A stretch of 64,000 bases of DNA. Source: Phototrophicaceae bacterium. GTDB taxonomy: Bacteria > Chloroflexota > Anaerolineae > Aggregatilineales > Phototrophicaceae. The notes below the pieces were generated by a model that saw only the letters and a list, made by a program, of their open reading frames with translations, had not been told where the DNA came from and ran no database searches. The stretch spans positions 3,156,810-3,220,809 of the forward strand of contig OZ251576.1 in NCBI GenBank assembly GCA_965243795.1, written 5' to 3'. The position numbers and the translations under genes were made by a program. How positions within the stretch are numbered: position 1 is the stretch's first letter; each line of letters opens with the position of its first letter. Positions 1-9,587 of this stretch are shown here, one piece after another.

Positions 1-2911
1 GCAGCCGCAGGATATTCGGATTCCGACTGCCGCGCAAATGCCTGGCAAAGCGGCGCAGGAACTTGGCCGCCTTTTGCGTTCGCCCCCAATCATCATGGCG
101 CAAAAGCTCCAGTGTTCGCAATAACTTCTCCTCGTCGGTAAATGTTTGACGGCGGCCAGCCGTCGAATCTGAATTTTTGTCATCGACGGACGCTGTTATG
201 TCCGACTCCTGCTCCGTCGGACACTCATCCACTTCATCGGCGTCATCATCAGCGGCCTGCTCATCCTCAATATCGGCCGCGCCTTCGTCGACCTGCGCTT
301 CATCATCCGCCGCCGAATCACCGACAGGTCTTGGCGCCGCCGGCCCATCGCTTCGAGTCATAGCTTCGGGTGGATTCTGGATGACTTGGGCAATATCATC
401 AAGCAGTTCCCGCCAGTCCGCGCGCGCCGGCCAACGCTCGATGCCGGCCGCGATCTGCTTTTGCCAATCGATCGCCTCCTCGCTGTCAGCAATCGCCCGG
501 CGCAAATTGTCAGGCAGTTCAGCGAACGAAGAAGCCGCGCCCGCCATCCCCAGCGCAATCTCAATCTCGTCATAATTCGCCATCATCTCGAACATCTGCG
601 GCTTGAGCGTCAGCCGATTTTCATGCGCCATCAGCAGCAGCCGCGCCGAAACACCATGCCGCCGCCGTCTCATGGCCGCCGCTGCCGACTCGATCTGCGC
701 CGGACAGCCTTGCAGCCATTCCAGCAAACGCGCATAGATCGCCGCATCCGCATATTTCATCAAAGCCAGAGCGACCTCATCCAAAGACGCCGCGCCCTCA
801 TCTTCAAGCGCATCAAGCAAAAAGACAGCCGCCGCCCGATGCCTCATCTCACCCAGCAGCCAAATGGCATTCGACCGAATCTGCTCGTTCTGCTGATGCG
901 ACAGTTTCGCCAAATACGCCGCCGCCAAGGGCCGCGCATAATCAGCCAGCAAGTCAGCCGCCCCCAATTCGCGATTCAGATCAGCGACGCTGTTGACAAA
1001 GGCCGCCGGCAGCTGAATAGGCAGCGCCAATATCTCATGCCACAGCCACAGCCGCGCCTCATCATCAAAGCCAGACAGCTGCTCGGCCAGCGTTCCGACC
1101 GCCCTGTTCGGATGGGGAAGACGATGCAGAATGTCCCGCAAACTGGTATGCGATGTCGAATCCTGCGCCGAAAATTCAATCAGCCTGGCGACCAGCGTCT
1201 CTTGATAATCGTCATAAAGATCGGGATGACGCCGCAGACACCTATCGGCCAAATAAGGATCAATTGCCGCGATTTGATCGATAAGGCCAAGCCGTTTTTC
1301 CTTTGACGCGGCATCCACCAGAGCATAAGCCAAACCGTCCCACTTCTGCCCAAGCCGCCCGCCATCCCCTGTAAATCGCGGCGCCGTCAGATGTTTATCA
1401 AGCCCCGCCTTTTGCAGGCCAGCCGCCGCCAGATGCCACTGGAAGATCTCGGCCTGAAAACGAAGGTACGGCCCAATCGCGCGCAGCAGCCCCATCTCCA
1501 GCGCGCCGTCAATAACCTCGGCCGCCGCTAGCCCCTCAAGCTCGGCGCGGCGAGCAAATCGATGACATTCATGTCCCATCATCCCCCAGGCCAACGCTTG
1601 CAGGCCGGCCAGCGTTTTGTCAGGTTCAGGCAAATTCTGCTTTTGCCGATGTCGCAGAGCCAGCAGCGCCGGCAAGGGATTGCGCGGCCATTCACTGACC
1701 GCCAGACGCTTATCGAAGGCCAGCAGTTCAACGCCCAGCGACAAATAATCGACATGGCTGTTTTCGACGAGCGCCGGCTGACTGCGGATAAGCTGACGGA
1801 AAATGTTCTGCTGTTCCAAAGTCAGAAAACCACTCGAAAATTTTAAGGCCAGCGACTCAGACATCGGCTTAATGTGCAAAACTGGCCAAGTCGACTTGTC
1901 ACCGGCCGCATGAGTCGATAACCGCACGCATCGATGCCGCGGGTTTTCCTCCAGCCAATCCATCAATTCCGCCGCCGCCCGCGGACGAAGCGCCGCCCAA
2001 TCATCCCAGTCATCAAAAACAAACAAAGCCCGATGACCGGCCAGCCAATGCTTCCAATAGGAAACCAAGCCCCATTGCGCTTCCATGTAATCATCCAGCG
2101 ACTCGTGGCTGTCTTCCCAAGCCATCAAATCAAGCCAGATCGGCAGAGGAGCGCTGTCATCGCGCATCGCGGCATGAGCATAGGCCAGCAGCAGTAATCG
2201 CGCCAGCGTCGTCTTGCCACTGCCGGCCTGACCGCAGAGCGTGAACCGCGGCCATTCCCGCGCCCGCGAAAGCAAATCCGTCGCATCCTCATCCGAATCC
2301 AAATCGGAAAAGGCCCAACTCCGCAGCAGACCGCTTGAATACCCGCGCGGCCGGACGCCAGCGAAATCCTGGACCGCCCAGTTGGCAAGCGAAGCCCGCG
2401 AAGTCGGCATCTGCGAAAGCTGAAGCTCCAAAGTCTGCGTCAAATGGCGGAGATAATCCAAACGCTCGCCGGTCTGCCGCACCGATTCGGACTGCGGAAT
2501 GCAGGCCAGCAGACTTTCCACGCTGTGATCATCAGGAGCGCCAAACCAGTTCCGCAAGTCAATCCAGTCGTCAAAGGCAAAATCAGCAATCCCATCCATC
2601 GAAAAATCGCGGCAAATAACAGCCGTAATCGAAATCCCCCGATCCCGAAAAGCCTCATATTCGCCGCGGCAGTAGGCCGACTGCAAATAATCGTCTGACA
2701 CAATGACAATCGCGCCCGCCGCCGCCTCGCGCGCCTGACGCGCCCGCTCATCCCAATCCTCATCCAAACCGACAGCGAAGCGGTCAAGCCAAATCTGACG
2801 ATAATAGCGCAGCAGCAAAATCGACAGCTGGAAGACGTATTTTATATCCCGATTGTGATAAGAGACGAAAATGAAGCTGTCGCCGCGTTTAATAAGCCAA
2901 TCCCCCCAAAT
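1..2911 (-). CDS. TIR / STAND (NACHT-like P-loop NTPase) / HEAT-repeat protein; C-terminus runs off the window, start codon uncertain
   Basis: Own minus-strand translation; the ORF is absent from the track because there is no stop inside the window. N-terminus FIFVSYHNRD...SDDYLQSAYCRGEYEAF is TIR-like with a conserved Glu. Walker A GQAGSGKTTLARLLL lies at about 2207-2233. C-terminal HEAT-like repeats (IWLLGEMRHRAAAVFLLDALEDE) and an acidic tail follow. The frame is open from 2929 down to 1; I spot-checked it at 1-187, 1862-1921 and 2161-2280. Confidence 0.8.
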   Translation of the reverse strand, partial: MWGDWLIKRGDSFIFVSYHNRDIKYVFQLSILLLRYYRQIWLDRFAVGLDEDWDERARQAREAAAGAIVIVSDDYLQSAYCRGEYEAFRDRGISITAVICRDFSMDGIADFAFDDWIDLRNWFGAPDDHSVESLLACIPQSESVRQTGERLDYLRHLTQTLELQLSQMPTSRASLANWAVQDFAGVRPRGYSSGLLRSWAFSDLDSDEDATDLLSRAREWPRFTLCGQAGSGKTTLARLLLLAYAHAAMRDDSAPLPIWLDLMAWEDSHESLDDYMEAQWGLVSYWKHWLAGHRALFVFDDWDDWAALRPRAAAELMDWLEENPRHRCVRLSTHAAGDKSTWPVLHIKPMSESLALKFSSGFLTLEQQNIFRQLIRSQPALVENSHVDYLSLGVELLAFDKRLAVSEWPRNPLPALLALRHRQKQNLPEPDKTLAGLQALAWGMMGHECHRFARRAELEGLAAAEVIDGALEMGLLRAIGPYLRFQAEIFQWHLAAAGLQKAGLDKHLTAPRFTGDGGRLGQKWDGLAYALVDAASKEKRLGLIDQIAAIDPYLADRCLRRHPDLYDDYQETLVARLIEFSAQDSTSHTSLRDILHRLPHPNRAVGTLAEQLSGFDDEARLWLWHEILALPIQLPAAFVNSVADLNRELGAADLLADYARPLAAAYLAKLSHQQNEQIRSNAIWLLGEMRHRAAAVFLLDALEDEGAASLDEVALALMKYADAAIYARLLEWLQGCPAQIESAAAAMRRRRHGVSARLLLMAHENRLTLKPQMFEMMANYDEIEIALGMAGAASSFAELPDNLRRAIADSEEAIDWQKQIAAGIERWPARADWRELLDDIAQVIQNPPEAMTRSDGPAAPRPVGDSAADDEAQVDEGAADIEDEQAADDDADEVDECPTEQESDITASVDDKNSDSTAGRRQTFTDEEKLLRTLELLRHDDWGRTQKAAKFLRRFARHLRGSRNPNILRL

Positions 2912-3014
2912 ATGAACCTCACAGCCCCATTATAACTGTCGATTGCCGAGGTATCAAACATATCCTTTTGCCGCCGCCATCCTTTCGCTATGATAAAAAC
3001 AGCGGGCGATATAA

Positions 3015-3920
3015 ATGGAGCAGGCGGCGATGCGGCATTCAGCTTTTTTGCGCGGCGCCGTCTATGGCATCACCGCCGCAAGCATCTGGGGAAGCATGTA
3101 TGTCGTCTCGGACGCCGTGCTGGTCATCATCCCGCCCTTCACCCTGTTAAGCCTCCGCATCCTCTTGGGACTGCTGATCTTGATGCCCATGGCCTGGCGC
3201 AGCGGCCTGTCGATACCTGGCTGGAAAACCGCGCGAAGCCTGCTGATGGTCGGCATGATTGGACTGGGATTGAGCCTCGGCGCGCAGTTCGTCGGCACCG
3301 ACCTGTCCAATGCTGTCAATGGCGCCCTGGTGACAAGCGCATCGCCGGCCTTCGTCATCCTGTTCGCCGGGCTTGTCCTGCGCGAGCGGCTGACTCTTCT
3401 GCGCTTATCCGCTGTCCTGCTGGCCACGTCCGGCGTCCTGGTGATTTTGGATTTATCAGCGGCCGACTTCAGTTCTGATGCCTTCCTCGGCAATCTGTTC
3501 CTGGCCGCCGCCGCCATCACATGGGGGCTGTATTCCGTGCTGGTGCGCCGCGTGGCCATGTATCAAGCCCTGCCCAACCTGACCGTCACCGTCATAGCGC
3601 TGCTGGGCGGCCTGCTGGTCTCGATCCCGGCCAGCCTGCTTGAACTCTCGTCGCGCCCCGTCGGCCATATCAATAGCGGAACTGTCGCTGGCGTCTTGTA
3701 TCTTGGACTGATTTCGACCGCGCTGGCCCTGCTGCTTTGGAACCGCGCCTTTGCCCTGGTGCCGGCCACCGTTGCTTCGCTTTTCTTTTTTGCCCAGCCA
3801 GTCGCCGGTGTCCTGCTTGCCAATCTGCTGCTGGGCCAATCAATGACACCAGCCTTGTGGATCGGCGCCGGCCTCATCGCCGCGGCCATCCTGTTTTCCC
3901 TGCGTCGATCTGAACGCTAG
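3015..3920 (+). CDS. EamA/DMT-family transporter
   Basis: 301-aa ORF with about 10 hydrophobic helices and duplicated EamA-like halves (GITAASIWGSMYV..., ITWGLYSVLVRR...). Confidence 0.75.
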   Translation: MEQAAMRHSAFLRGAVYGITAASIWGSMYVVSDAVLVIIPPFTLLSLRILLGLLILMPMAWRSGLSIPGWKTARSLLMVGMIGLGLSLGAQFVGTDLSNAVNGALVTSASPAFVILFAGLVLRERLTLLRLSAVLLATSGVLVILDLSAADFSSDAFLGNLFLAAAAITWGLYSVLVRRVAMYQALPNLTVTVIALLGGLLVSIPASLLELSSRPVGHINSGTVAGVLYLGLISTALALLLWNRAFALVPATVASLFFFAQPVAGVLLANLLLGQSMTPALWIGAGLIAAAILFSLRRSER

Positions 3921-5038
3921 ACCAATTCTTGGACTTCTCGCGCCATCTTCAGCAGCCGAAACCGCCGCACATCAGCGAAAAAATCGGCAGCCTCGCCAAT
4001 GTCAGAGCATTGATGATTTCGCATCAGCCATTGATGATTGTCTTCGTCCATCAACAGTTTAATATCCTGCGCGACTCCCGCCAAACCGCGCAGCGTCATG
4101 CCGCAAACATAGCCAAGCCGCGCCAGTTTAGCCTCGCCGTCCCAGCCGCTTTCGCGCAGCCCCTTGACATAGCCCGCAAACACCTCTCGGTCAAGCTGCT
4201 CGGCGTAACGGCGCGAAAAACGTCCATAATACAAACTGACCGCCACCAGCGCGACCAGATCTTCGCCAAGGCCGCCCCGCCCGGCAACCGCCCAGTCAAT
4301 CAGCGCAATATCATCTTGGCGATGCAGCAGATTGCGCCTGAACGCATCAATATGACACAGTGTGCGCGGCAAATCGGCTAAGGCCCGACAGTACCGCGCC
4401 CGATTGTTCCAGATCCATTCAATCTCGGCTTTGGCATCCATCGGCAGACAGCGCCGCGCCAAAGGGTCTTCCAGCCAATCATCCAGCCGCGCAAAAGCAT
4501 CCGTCAGCCCCTCGACAATCGCGCAGTGCCAGTTGTCAGTCAGCCATTCATAGACAGGCAAACGCGCCAGATACGCGCCATTCAAGCGGCCCAAACGAAC
4601 AGCCATTTCGCGGTAATCCGCCAGCGACCAGTTCGGCTTGCCTCCCCCAAGGTCCTCCATCCAAATCCAGCAGGCATCGCCAAAATCTTCCAGCCCATAA
4701 ATCCGCGGCGCGGCAAAGGTATTCGGCGGCAGCCCATCCAGCATGCCCGACCGATAGACTTCATATTCGCGCTTCCAATAGTAAGGCGAGCTTGGATTTT
4801 CCCGCGGCCGCTGATAAAGAATTTTCAGAATGATCGACCAAGGCCCATGCGCGGCCGTTTGCCCCTCAAAACGAAAAATCGCCGTGCCGCCCACCGCGCC
4901 GCCAAACCCGCCATAAACCGGCGCCCGCGTCCAGGATCGAATCACAGCCGCCGAATCCCGCAAAGCCCGCCGCGCCAGAGGAGTCAGCCTTTCTGTGGTG
5001 ATGTCCCCTAATCGCTTGTCCAAAACAGCCCGACTCAA
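3917..5038 (-). CDS. Phosphotransferase (APH/choline-kinase-like) family protein
   Basis: 373-aa ORF with a kinase-like catalytic loop LCHIDAFRRNLL (HxDxxxxN) and a downstream IDW motif. Its start overlaps the livF stop by 4 nt. Confidence 0.6.
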   Translation of the reverse strand: MSRAVLDKRLGDITTERLTPLARRALRDSAAVIRSWTRAPVYGGFGGAVGGTAIFRFEGQTAAHGPWSIILKILYQRPRENPSSPYYWKREYEVYRSGMLDGLPPNTFAAPRIYGLEDFGDACWIWMEDLGGGKPNWSLADYREMAVRLGRLNGAYLARLPVYEWLTDNWHCAIVEGLTDAFARLDDWLEDPLARRCLPMDAKAEIEWIWNNRARYCRALADLPRTLCHIDAFRRNLLHRQDDIALIDWAVAGRGGLGEDLVALVAVSLYYGRFSRRYAEQLDREVFAGYVKGLRESGWDGEAKLARLGYVCGMTLRGLAGVAQDIKLLMDEDNHQWLMRNHQCSDIGEAADFFADVRRFRLLKMAREVQELV

Positions 5039-5745
5039 TCAATGCCGAGATAAGTTTTCTGCACCATCTCATTTTGCCGCAGATTGGCCGCCGTGTCGCT
5101 CATGGCAGTCTCGCCGCTCTGCAAAACATAGCCGCGGTCAGCGATTTGCAGCGCCATGTGGGCATTCTGCTCGACCAGCAAAATCGTCACGCCCTCGCTT
5201 TTAATCTGCTTAATAGTGTCAAAAACGCCATCCACCAGCACTGGCGCCAGCCCCATAGACGGCTCATCCAGCAGCAGCAGACGCGGCTTGGACATCAGTG
5301 CCCGCGCAATCGCCAGCATTTGCTGTTCACCGCCGCTCAAAGTCTCGGCATACTGCTTTTTGCGCTCTTGCAAACGCGGAAACAGGGCGAAGAGCCGCTC
5401 CAGATCATCCTTGACGCCATTGTCGCGCCGCGTATAGGCCCCCATGTCCAGGTTCTCCTCGACCGACAGCTTGGCAAACACGCCGCGCCCCTCGGGCACC
5501 ATGGCGATCCCCCGCGAAACCAGCAGATCAGCCCGCGTCTGCGAAATATCCTCGCCGTCGTAAATCACCGCCCCCTCGCGCGGCCGCATCAAGCCCGAAA
5601 TAGTGCGAAGAGTAGTCGTCTTGCCAGCGCCGTTAGCCCCAATAAGAGCGATGATCTCCCCCGTGTCAATCTCAAAGGAAACGCCCTTGAGCGCATGGAT
5701 ATTGCCGTAATAAGTGTGAATATCGCGGACTTCAAGCAAGGCCAT
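5035..5745 (-). CDS. livF: Branched-chain amino acid ABC transporter ATP-binding protein LivF
   Basis: MALLEVRDIHTYYGNIHALKGVSFEIDTGEIIALIGANGAGKTT, LSGGEQQMLAIARAL and LLLLDEPSMGLAP. I trimmed the start to ATG 5743-5745, 1 nt after the livG stop. Confidence 0.9.
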   Translation of the reverse strand: MALLEVRDIHTYYGNIHALKGVSFEIDTGEIIALIGANGAGKTTTLRTISGLMRPREGAVIYDGEDISQTRADLLVSRGIAMVPEGRGVFAKLSVEENLDMGAYTRRDNGVKDDLERLFALFPRLQERKKQYAETLSGGEQQMLAIARALMSKPRLLLLDEPSMGLAPVLVDGVFDTIKQIKSEGVTILLVEQNAHMALQIADRGYVLQSGETAMSDTAANLRQNEMVQKTYLGID

Positions 5746-5746
5746 G

Positions 5747-6592
5747 TCACGGCCCCCCTTCTGGCCGTCGACCAGGCTGAATAGCCGCGCTGGCGGCCCC
5801 CCGTCCCAGATAAGCCTCAATCACATCGGGATGACTCTGAATCTCGGCCGGCAGCCCCTCGGCAATTTTACGCCCATAATCCAGCACCGTAATATGTTCC
5901 GATATGCCCATAACCACGCGCATGTCATGCTCAATCAGCACAACCGTAATCGCCAGTTCATCGCGCAAACGGCGGATAAAATCGGTCGTCTCGGCCGTCT
6001 CGCTGGGATTCATGCCGGCCGTCGGCTCATCAAGCAGAACGAGCTTAGGCTTGCTGGCCAAGGCCCGACCAATCTCCAAACGGCGCTGATCGCCATATGA
6101 CAGATTCTTGGAGAGCATATCCCCCTTCCCCGCCAAGCCAACAAAACGCAGCAGTTCAAGGCCTCGCTCCTCGCATTCCAGATCTTCATTCCGCGTCGAA
6201 GGCAAACCCAAAATCGAACCCATCCAGCTAGACCGCAGATGCGGCTCCTCGCCAACCATGATGTTTTCAATCGCCGTCATATTGTTAAAAAGCCGTATGT
6301 TCTGAAAAGTGCGGGCGATGCCGGCGCGGGTAATCTGATCAGGCGTTTTGCCGTCAATGCGCGCCCCGTCAAACACAAGCTCGCCCTCGTCAATCCCATA
6401 AAACCCAGTGATGCAGTTGAAAAAAGTTGTCTTCCCGGCCCCGTTCGGCCCAATCACGCTGGCAATCGCGCCGCGCGGGATGTGAAAATCAAGATCGTCA
6501 ATGGCGACCAGCCCGCTGAAACGTTTGGTTATGCCCCTAGCGACCAGGATGTCACTGCCCGCCCGCTTGTGTTTGTCTGTCATCATTTCCAT
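5747..6592 (-). CDS. livG: Branched-chain amino acid ABC transporter ATP-binding protein LivG
   Basis: ITKRFSGLVAIDDLDFHIPRGAIASVIGPNGAGKTTFFNCITG, LSYGDQRRLEIGRAL and LVLLDEPTAGMNP. Confidence 0.9.
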   Translation of the reverse strand: MEMMTDKHKRAGSDILVARGITKRFSGLVAIDDLDFHIPRGAIASVIGPNGAGKTTFFNCITGFYGIDEGELVFDGARIDGKTPDQITRAGIARTFQNIRLFNNMTAIENIMVGEEPHLRSSWMGSILGLPSTRNEDLECEERGLELLRFVGLAGKGDMLSKNLSYGDQRRLEIGRALASKPKLVLLDEPTAGMNPSETAETTDFIRRLRDELAITVVLIEHDMRVVMGISEHITVLDYGRKIAEGLPAEIQSHPDVIEAYLGRGAASAAIQPGRRPEGGP

Positions 6593-6594
6593 CG

Positions 6595-8472
6595 CTAATC
6601 CCCAGCGCCGACCTTCGCTTTCGCGCCAGCCCTCATCTCATGCGTGATGATATGCGTCGGAATCAAGCCCTGCGGCCGCTTAATCATCATAATAATCAGC
6701 AGAACGCCATACAGCAGAAAGCGAAAATCAGAAAATTCGCGCAGAAGCTCCGGCATGCCAATCAGCGCAATCGCGCCAACCACGATGCCCGGATTGCTGG
6801 CGATGCCTCCCACAATAATAAGGCTCAAAACGTTAATCGAAATAAACACCGTAAAGCTGTTCGGGAAAACCGTCCCCACCTTGGCGGCAAAAATCGCCCC
6901 AGCCACGCCGCCCGTCGCCGCGCTCAAAGTAAAAGCCAGCAGTTTGGCGCGGGCCGTGTCAATGCCCATCGCCGTCGCCACATCCTCATCCTCGCGGATC
7001 GCCATCCACTGCCGCCCCGTGCGCGAATTGTTCAGCCGCACCGAAACAAACAGCGTGACCAAACAAGCGACCAGCACGATATAATACAACTCTTCAGGAT
7101 TCTTCATCTCCAGACCAAAAAAGACTGGCTTCGGAATCGCCTGCACCCCCTGCGCCCCGCCGATGAGTGGCTTCAGCCAGTCAGAATTGGCCAGCTTGCC
7201 GATGATCTCGCCAAAGCCCAGCGTGGCAATCGCCAGATAATCCCCGCGCATTCGCAGCACCGGCACAGCAAACATGAAACCAGCCGTCATCGCCGCCAGC
7301 AGCGCAATCGGAATCACCATCCAAAACGTAAACGTCCCCTTGAAAAGCCCCAGCGGCCCAATAGACGTCAGCACCGCCAGAATATACGCGCCCACCGCGT
7401 AATTCGTCACATAGCCCAAATCCAGCAGTCCCGCCAGGCCAATGGCGATATTAAGGCCCAGCCCCATCAGCACAAACAAGCCAATCGTCACCGCGACATC
7501 GCTCAAAGTGCGCCCGACCGTCCACGGCAAAGCCAGCAGAATCGCTATCAGGATGATCGCCCCGATCACCCGCGTCCTGGGATGCTCCACGCTCACTCGG
7601 TCTTCAACGTCCGCCCGTATCCGCTGGCCAAACCGCGCCCACAGCAGACCAAAAATCGTGCTGACGGCAAACAGAATCAGCGCCGGACTCTGCCTTATGG
7701 TATCGCGGCGGAAAATCGCGCTTAACACATCCCGATCCAGATTCTCTTGCAGCACCAAACGCACTGTTTCGCCAAAGACGCCCACCAGCAGAGTCGCCGA
7801 CAGACCATAAAACAAGGCCCTGCGCGGCGTCTCCGGAATAATGTAAAAAACCGCGCCAACCGCGCCCGCGCCAACCGAAACCAGACCATATACCACAATG
7901 CCGCTCAAAAGCTCCTTGCGGCGGTCAAAGGTGATGACATCCACCCAGTCGCGGTCGATGTTGACCAGCACCGAGCGCAAATCGCCTTTCACATCAAAAA
8001 TCAAGGCCAGCGAACCAGTCACAACCCCGACCAGCGCGGCGGTCAAAAGCCAGACGCCGAGAGTTCGGTAAGCGCCGCCGCCATGCCGATGCGCCCGCCA
8101 GGCGACATAGCTGGCCACGGCAAAGGGTATCAGGCGCAGTGAATAATCCAGCAGAAAACGAAAATCATCCGAATTGAAAAGCAGCATAATAATCGAGGGA
8201 AGCGCCGTCAAAAAGCCGGTGATGGCGCCGCCGCCGACCACCGCTGCCATGCTCTCGCCCTGTTCGCGCAGCTGCCTCGATATTGCCAAAGCCGCCAAAA
8301 AAGGCGCGATGAATAAAATCAGCTGCCCCAAAGTGATGAAATCATCAATAATTTCGCGCTCATGGAACAGAGCGATCATGCCGACCGCGCCAGCGTACAG
8401 AACCAGCCCCCCGGCAAGCAGGCCCAAAGTCAGAATGTTTCGCCAGTTCTGCGCTCTGACATCTGCCATCAT
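6595..8472 (-). CDS. livM: Branched-chain amino acid ABC transporter permease (LivM-like) with an extra polytopic N-terminal region of about 300 aa
   Basis: The C-terminal half is LivM-like (LDLGYVTNYAVGAYILA..., TGRQWMAIREDEDVA). The N-terminal half is additional TM helices. Confidence 0.85.
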   Translation of the reverse strand: MMADVRAQNWRNILTLGLLAGGLVLYAGAVGMIALFHEREIIDDFITLGQLILFIAPFLAALAISRQLREQGESMAAVVGGGAITGFLTALPSIIMLLFNSDDFRFLLDYSLRLIPFAVASYVAWRAHRHGGGAYRTLGVWLLTAALVGVVTGSLALIFDVKGDLRSVLVNIDRDWVDVITFDRRKELLSGIVVYGLVSVGAGAVGAVFYIIPETPRRALFYGLSATLLVGVFGETVRLVLQENLDRDVLSAIFRRDTIRQSPALILFAVSTIFGLLWARFGQRIRADVEDRVSVEHPRTRVIGAIILIAILLALPWTVGRTLSDVAVTIGLFVLMGLGLNIAIGLAGLLDLGYVTNYAVGAYILAVLTSIGPLGLFKGTFTFWMVIPIALLAAMTAGFMFAVPVLRMRGDYLAIATLGFGEIIGKLANSDWLKPLIGGAQGVQAIPKPVFFGLEMKNPEELYYIVLVACLVTLFVSVRLNNSRTGRQWMAIREDEDVATAMGIDTARAKLLAFTLSAATGGVAGAIFAAKVGTVFPNSFTVFISINVLSLIIVGGIASNPGIVVGAIALIGMPELLREFSDFRFLLYGVLLIIMMIKRPQGLIPTHIITHEMRAGAKAKVGAGD

Positions 8473-8481
8473 CCGTCCTCC

Positions 8482-9546
8482 CTAAGCCTTCTTCTCGGAA
8501 AGACGTTCACCCAAAATACCCTGCGGCCGGAAGATCAGCACCAGCACCAGCATAGTGAAAGCGATGACATCCTTGAGTTGATTGGCCCCAGGGATGCCCA
8601 GCCCGGCCAGCACCAGATTAGGCCCAACAGCCTCGATGATGCCCAAAAACAAGCCGCCCAGCATAGCCCCAGGGATATTGCCCACCCCGCCCAGCACAGC
8701 CGCCGTAAAAGCCTTGATGCCCGGCAGAAAACCCATAAAAAAATTGACGCCCTGCGGCCGAAAAACGCCGTTGATGACTCCCGCGGCCCCCGCCAGAAAA
8801 CCTCCCACGCCAAAGGTGAACATAATCACCCAGTCGATATCGATGCCCATCAGCTTGGCGACTTCCTTGTTCTCCGAAACCGCCCGCATAGCCTTGCCGA
8901 TGCGCGTCCGTTCCACCAGCCAGTAAAGCCCCAGCATCAGCGCCAAAGCCGAAAAAAAGACGAACAGCTGCACAACGGGAATGCTGATGCTGCCGATCTG
9001 CAATGTCCCCTGCAAAGCCCGCACCTGCGGATAAGCCTTAAAGCCAGAGCCATAAAGCCCGCGAAAGGTGTACTGAAGGAAAAAAGAGGCGCCGATAGCC
9101 GTAATCAGCGGAACAAGACGCGGGCTGCCGCGCAAAGGCCGATAAGCGAAACGCTCCAGCAAAATCGCCACCGTCATCGATATCAGACCAGCGAACAGGA
9201 TCATCAGAACTATCGACAAAAAAGGCGACTCATTGAGAAAACCAGTGCGATTCAGCGCCTCGGCCAAAAAGACCGTCGAAAACGCGCCAGCCATAAAAAC
9301 CTCGCCATGCGCGAAGTTAATCATCAGCAAAATGCCATAGACCAAGGTATAGCCCAAGGCGATCAGAGCATAAATGCTGCCTTGCGACAAACCAGCGACA
9401 AACAGATTGATCCACTGCGCCGCCGTGATGCGACCCGAAGAAAGCGTATTCCACGAACCGACCAGAATCAGTACGACGATGACAATACGCAGCAGATCAA
9501 TGATGAAATCAACCCACGAAAAACCCTCTGAACCCCTGTTGAACAT
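8482..9546 (-). CDS. livH: Branched-chain amino acid ABC transporter permease LivH
   Basis: LivH-like sequence (GSIYALIALGYTLVYGILLMINFAHGEVFM...). I trimmed the start to ATG 9544-9546 (MFNRGSEGF) so it does not overlap the upstream binding-protein gene. Confidence 0.85.
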   Translation of the reverse strand: MFNRGSEGFSWVDFIIDLLRIVIVVLILVGSWNTLSSGRITAAQWINLFVAGLSQGSIYALIALGYTLVYGILLMINFAHGEVFMAGAFSTVFLAEALNRTGFLNESPFLSIVLMILFAGLISMTVAILLERFAYRPLRGSPRLVPLITAIGASFFLQYTFRGLYGSGFKAYPQVRALQGTLQIGSISIPVVQLFVFFSALALMLGLYWLVERTRIGKAMRAVSENKEVAKLMGIDIDWVIMFTFGVGGFLAGAAGVINGVFRPQGVNFFMGFLPGIKAFTAAVLGGVGNIPGAMLGGLFLGIIEAVGPNLVLAGLGIPGANQLKDVIAFTMLVLVLIFRPQGILGERLSEKKA

Positions 9547-9587
9547 AGGCAAACTTTCCCATGGCCACCTGATCGAACGCGCCGCGG

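Noticed and set aside
386-1306. Long plus- or minus-strand ORFs with R/P/Q-rich translations. Examples: 386..1306, 6640..7725, 8362..9531, 9816..11078, 11648..12238, 12309..13193, 19705..20751, 22484..23599, 31320..31931, 35098..35748, 43160..43783, 50064..50966 and 55315..56040.
   Set aside because: Each is antisense to a gene with clear family motifs and has junk-like composition. They are shadow ORFs of GC-rich coding sequence.
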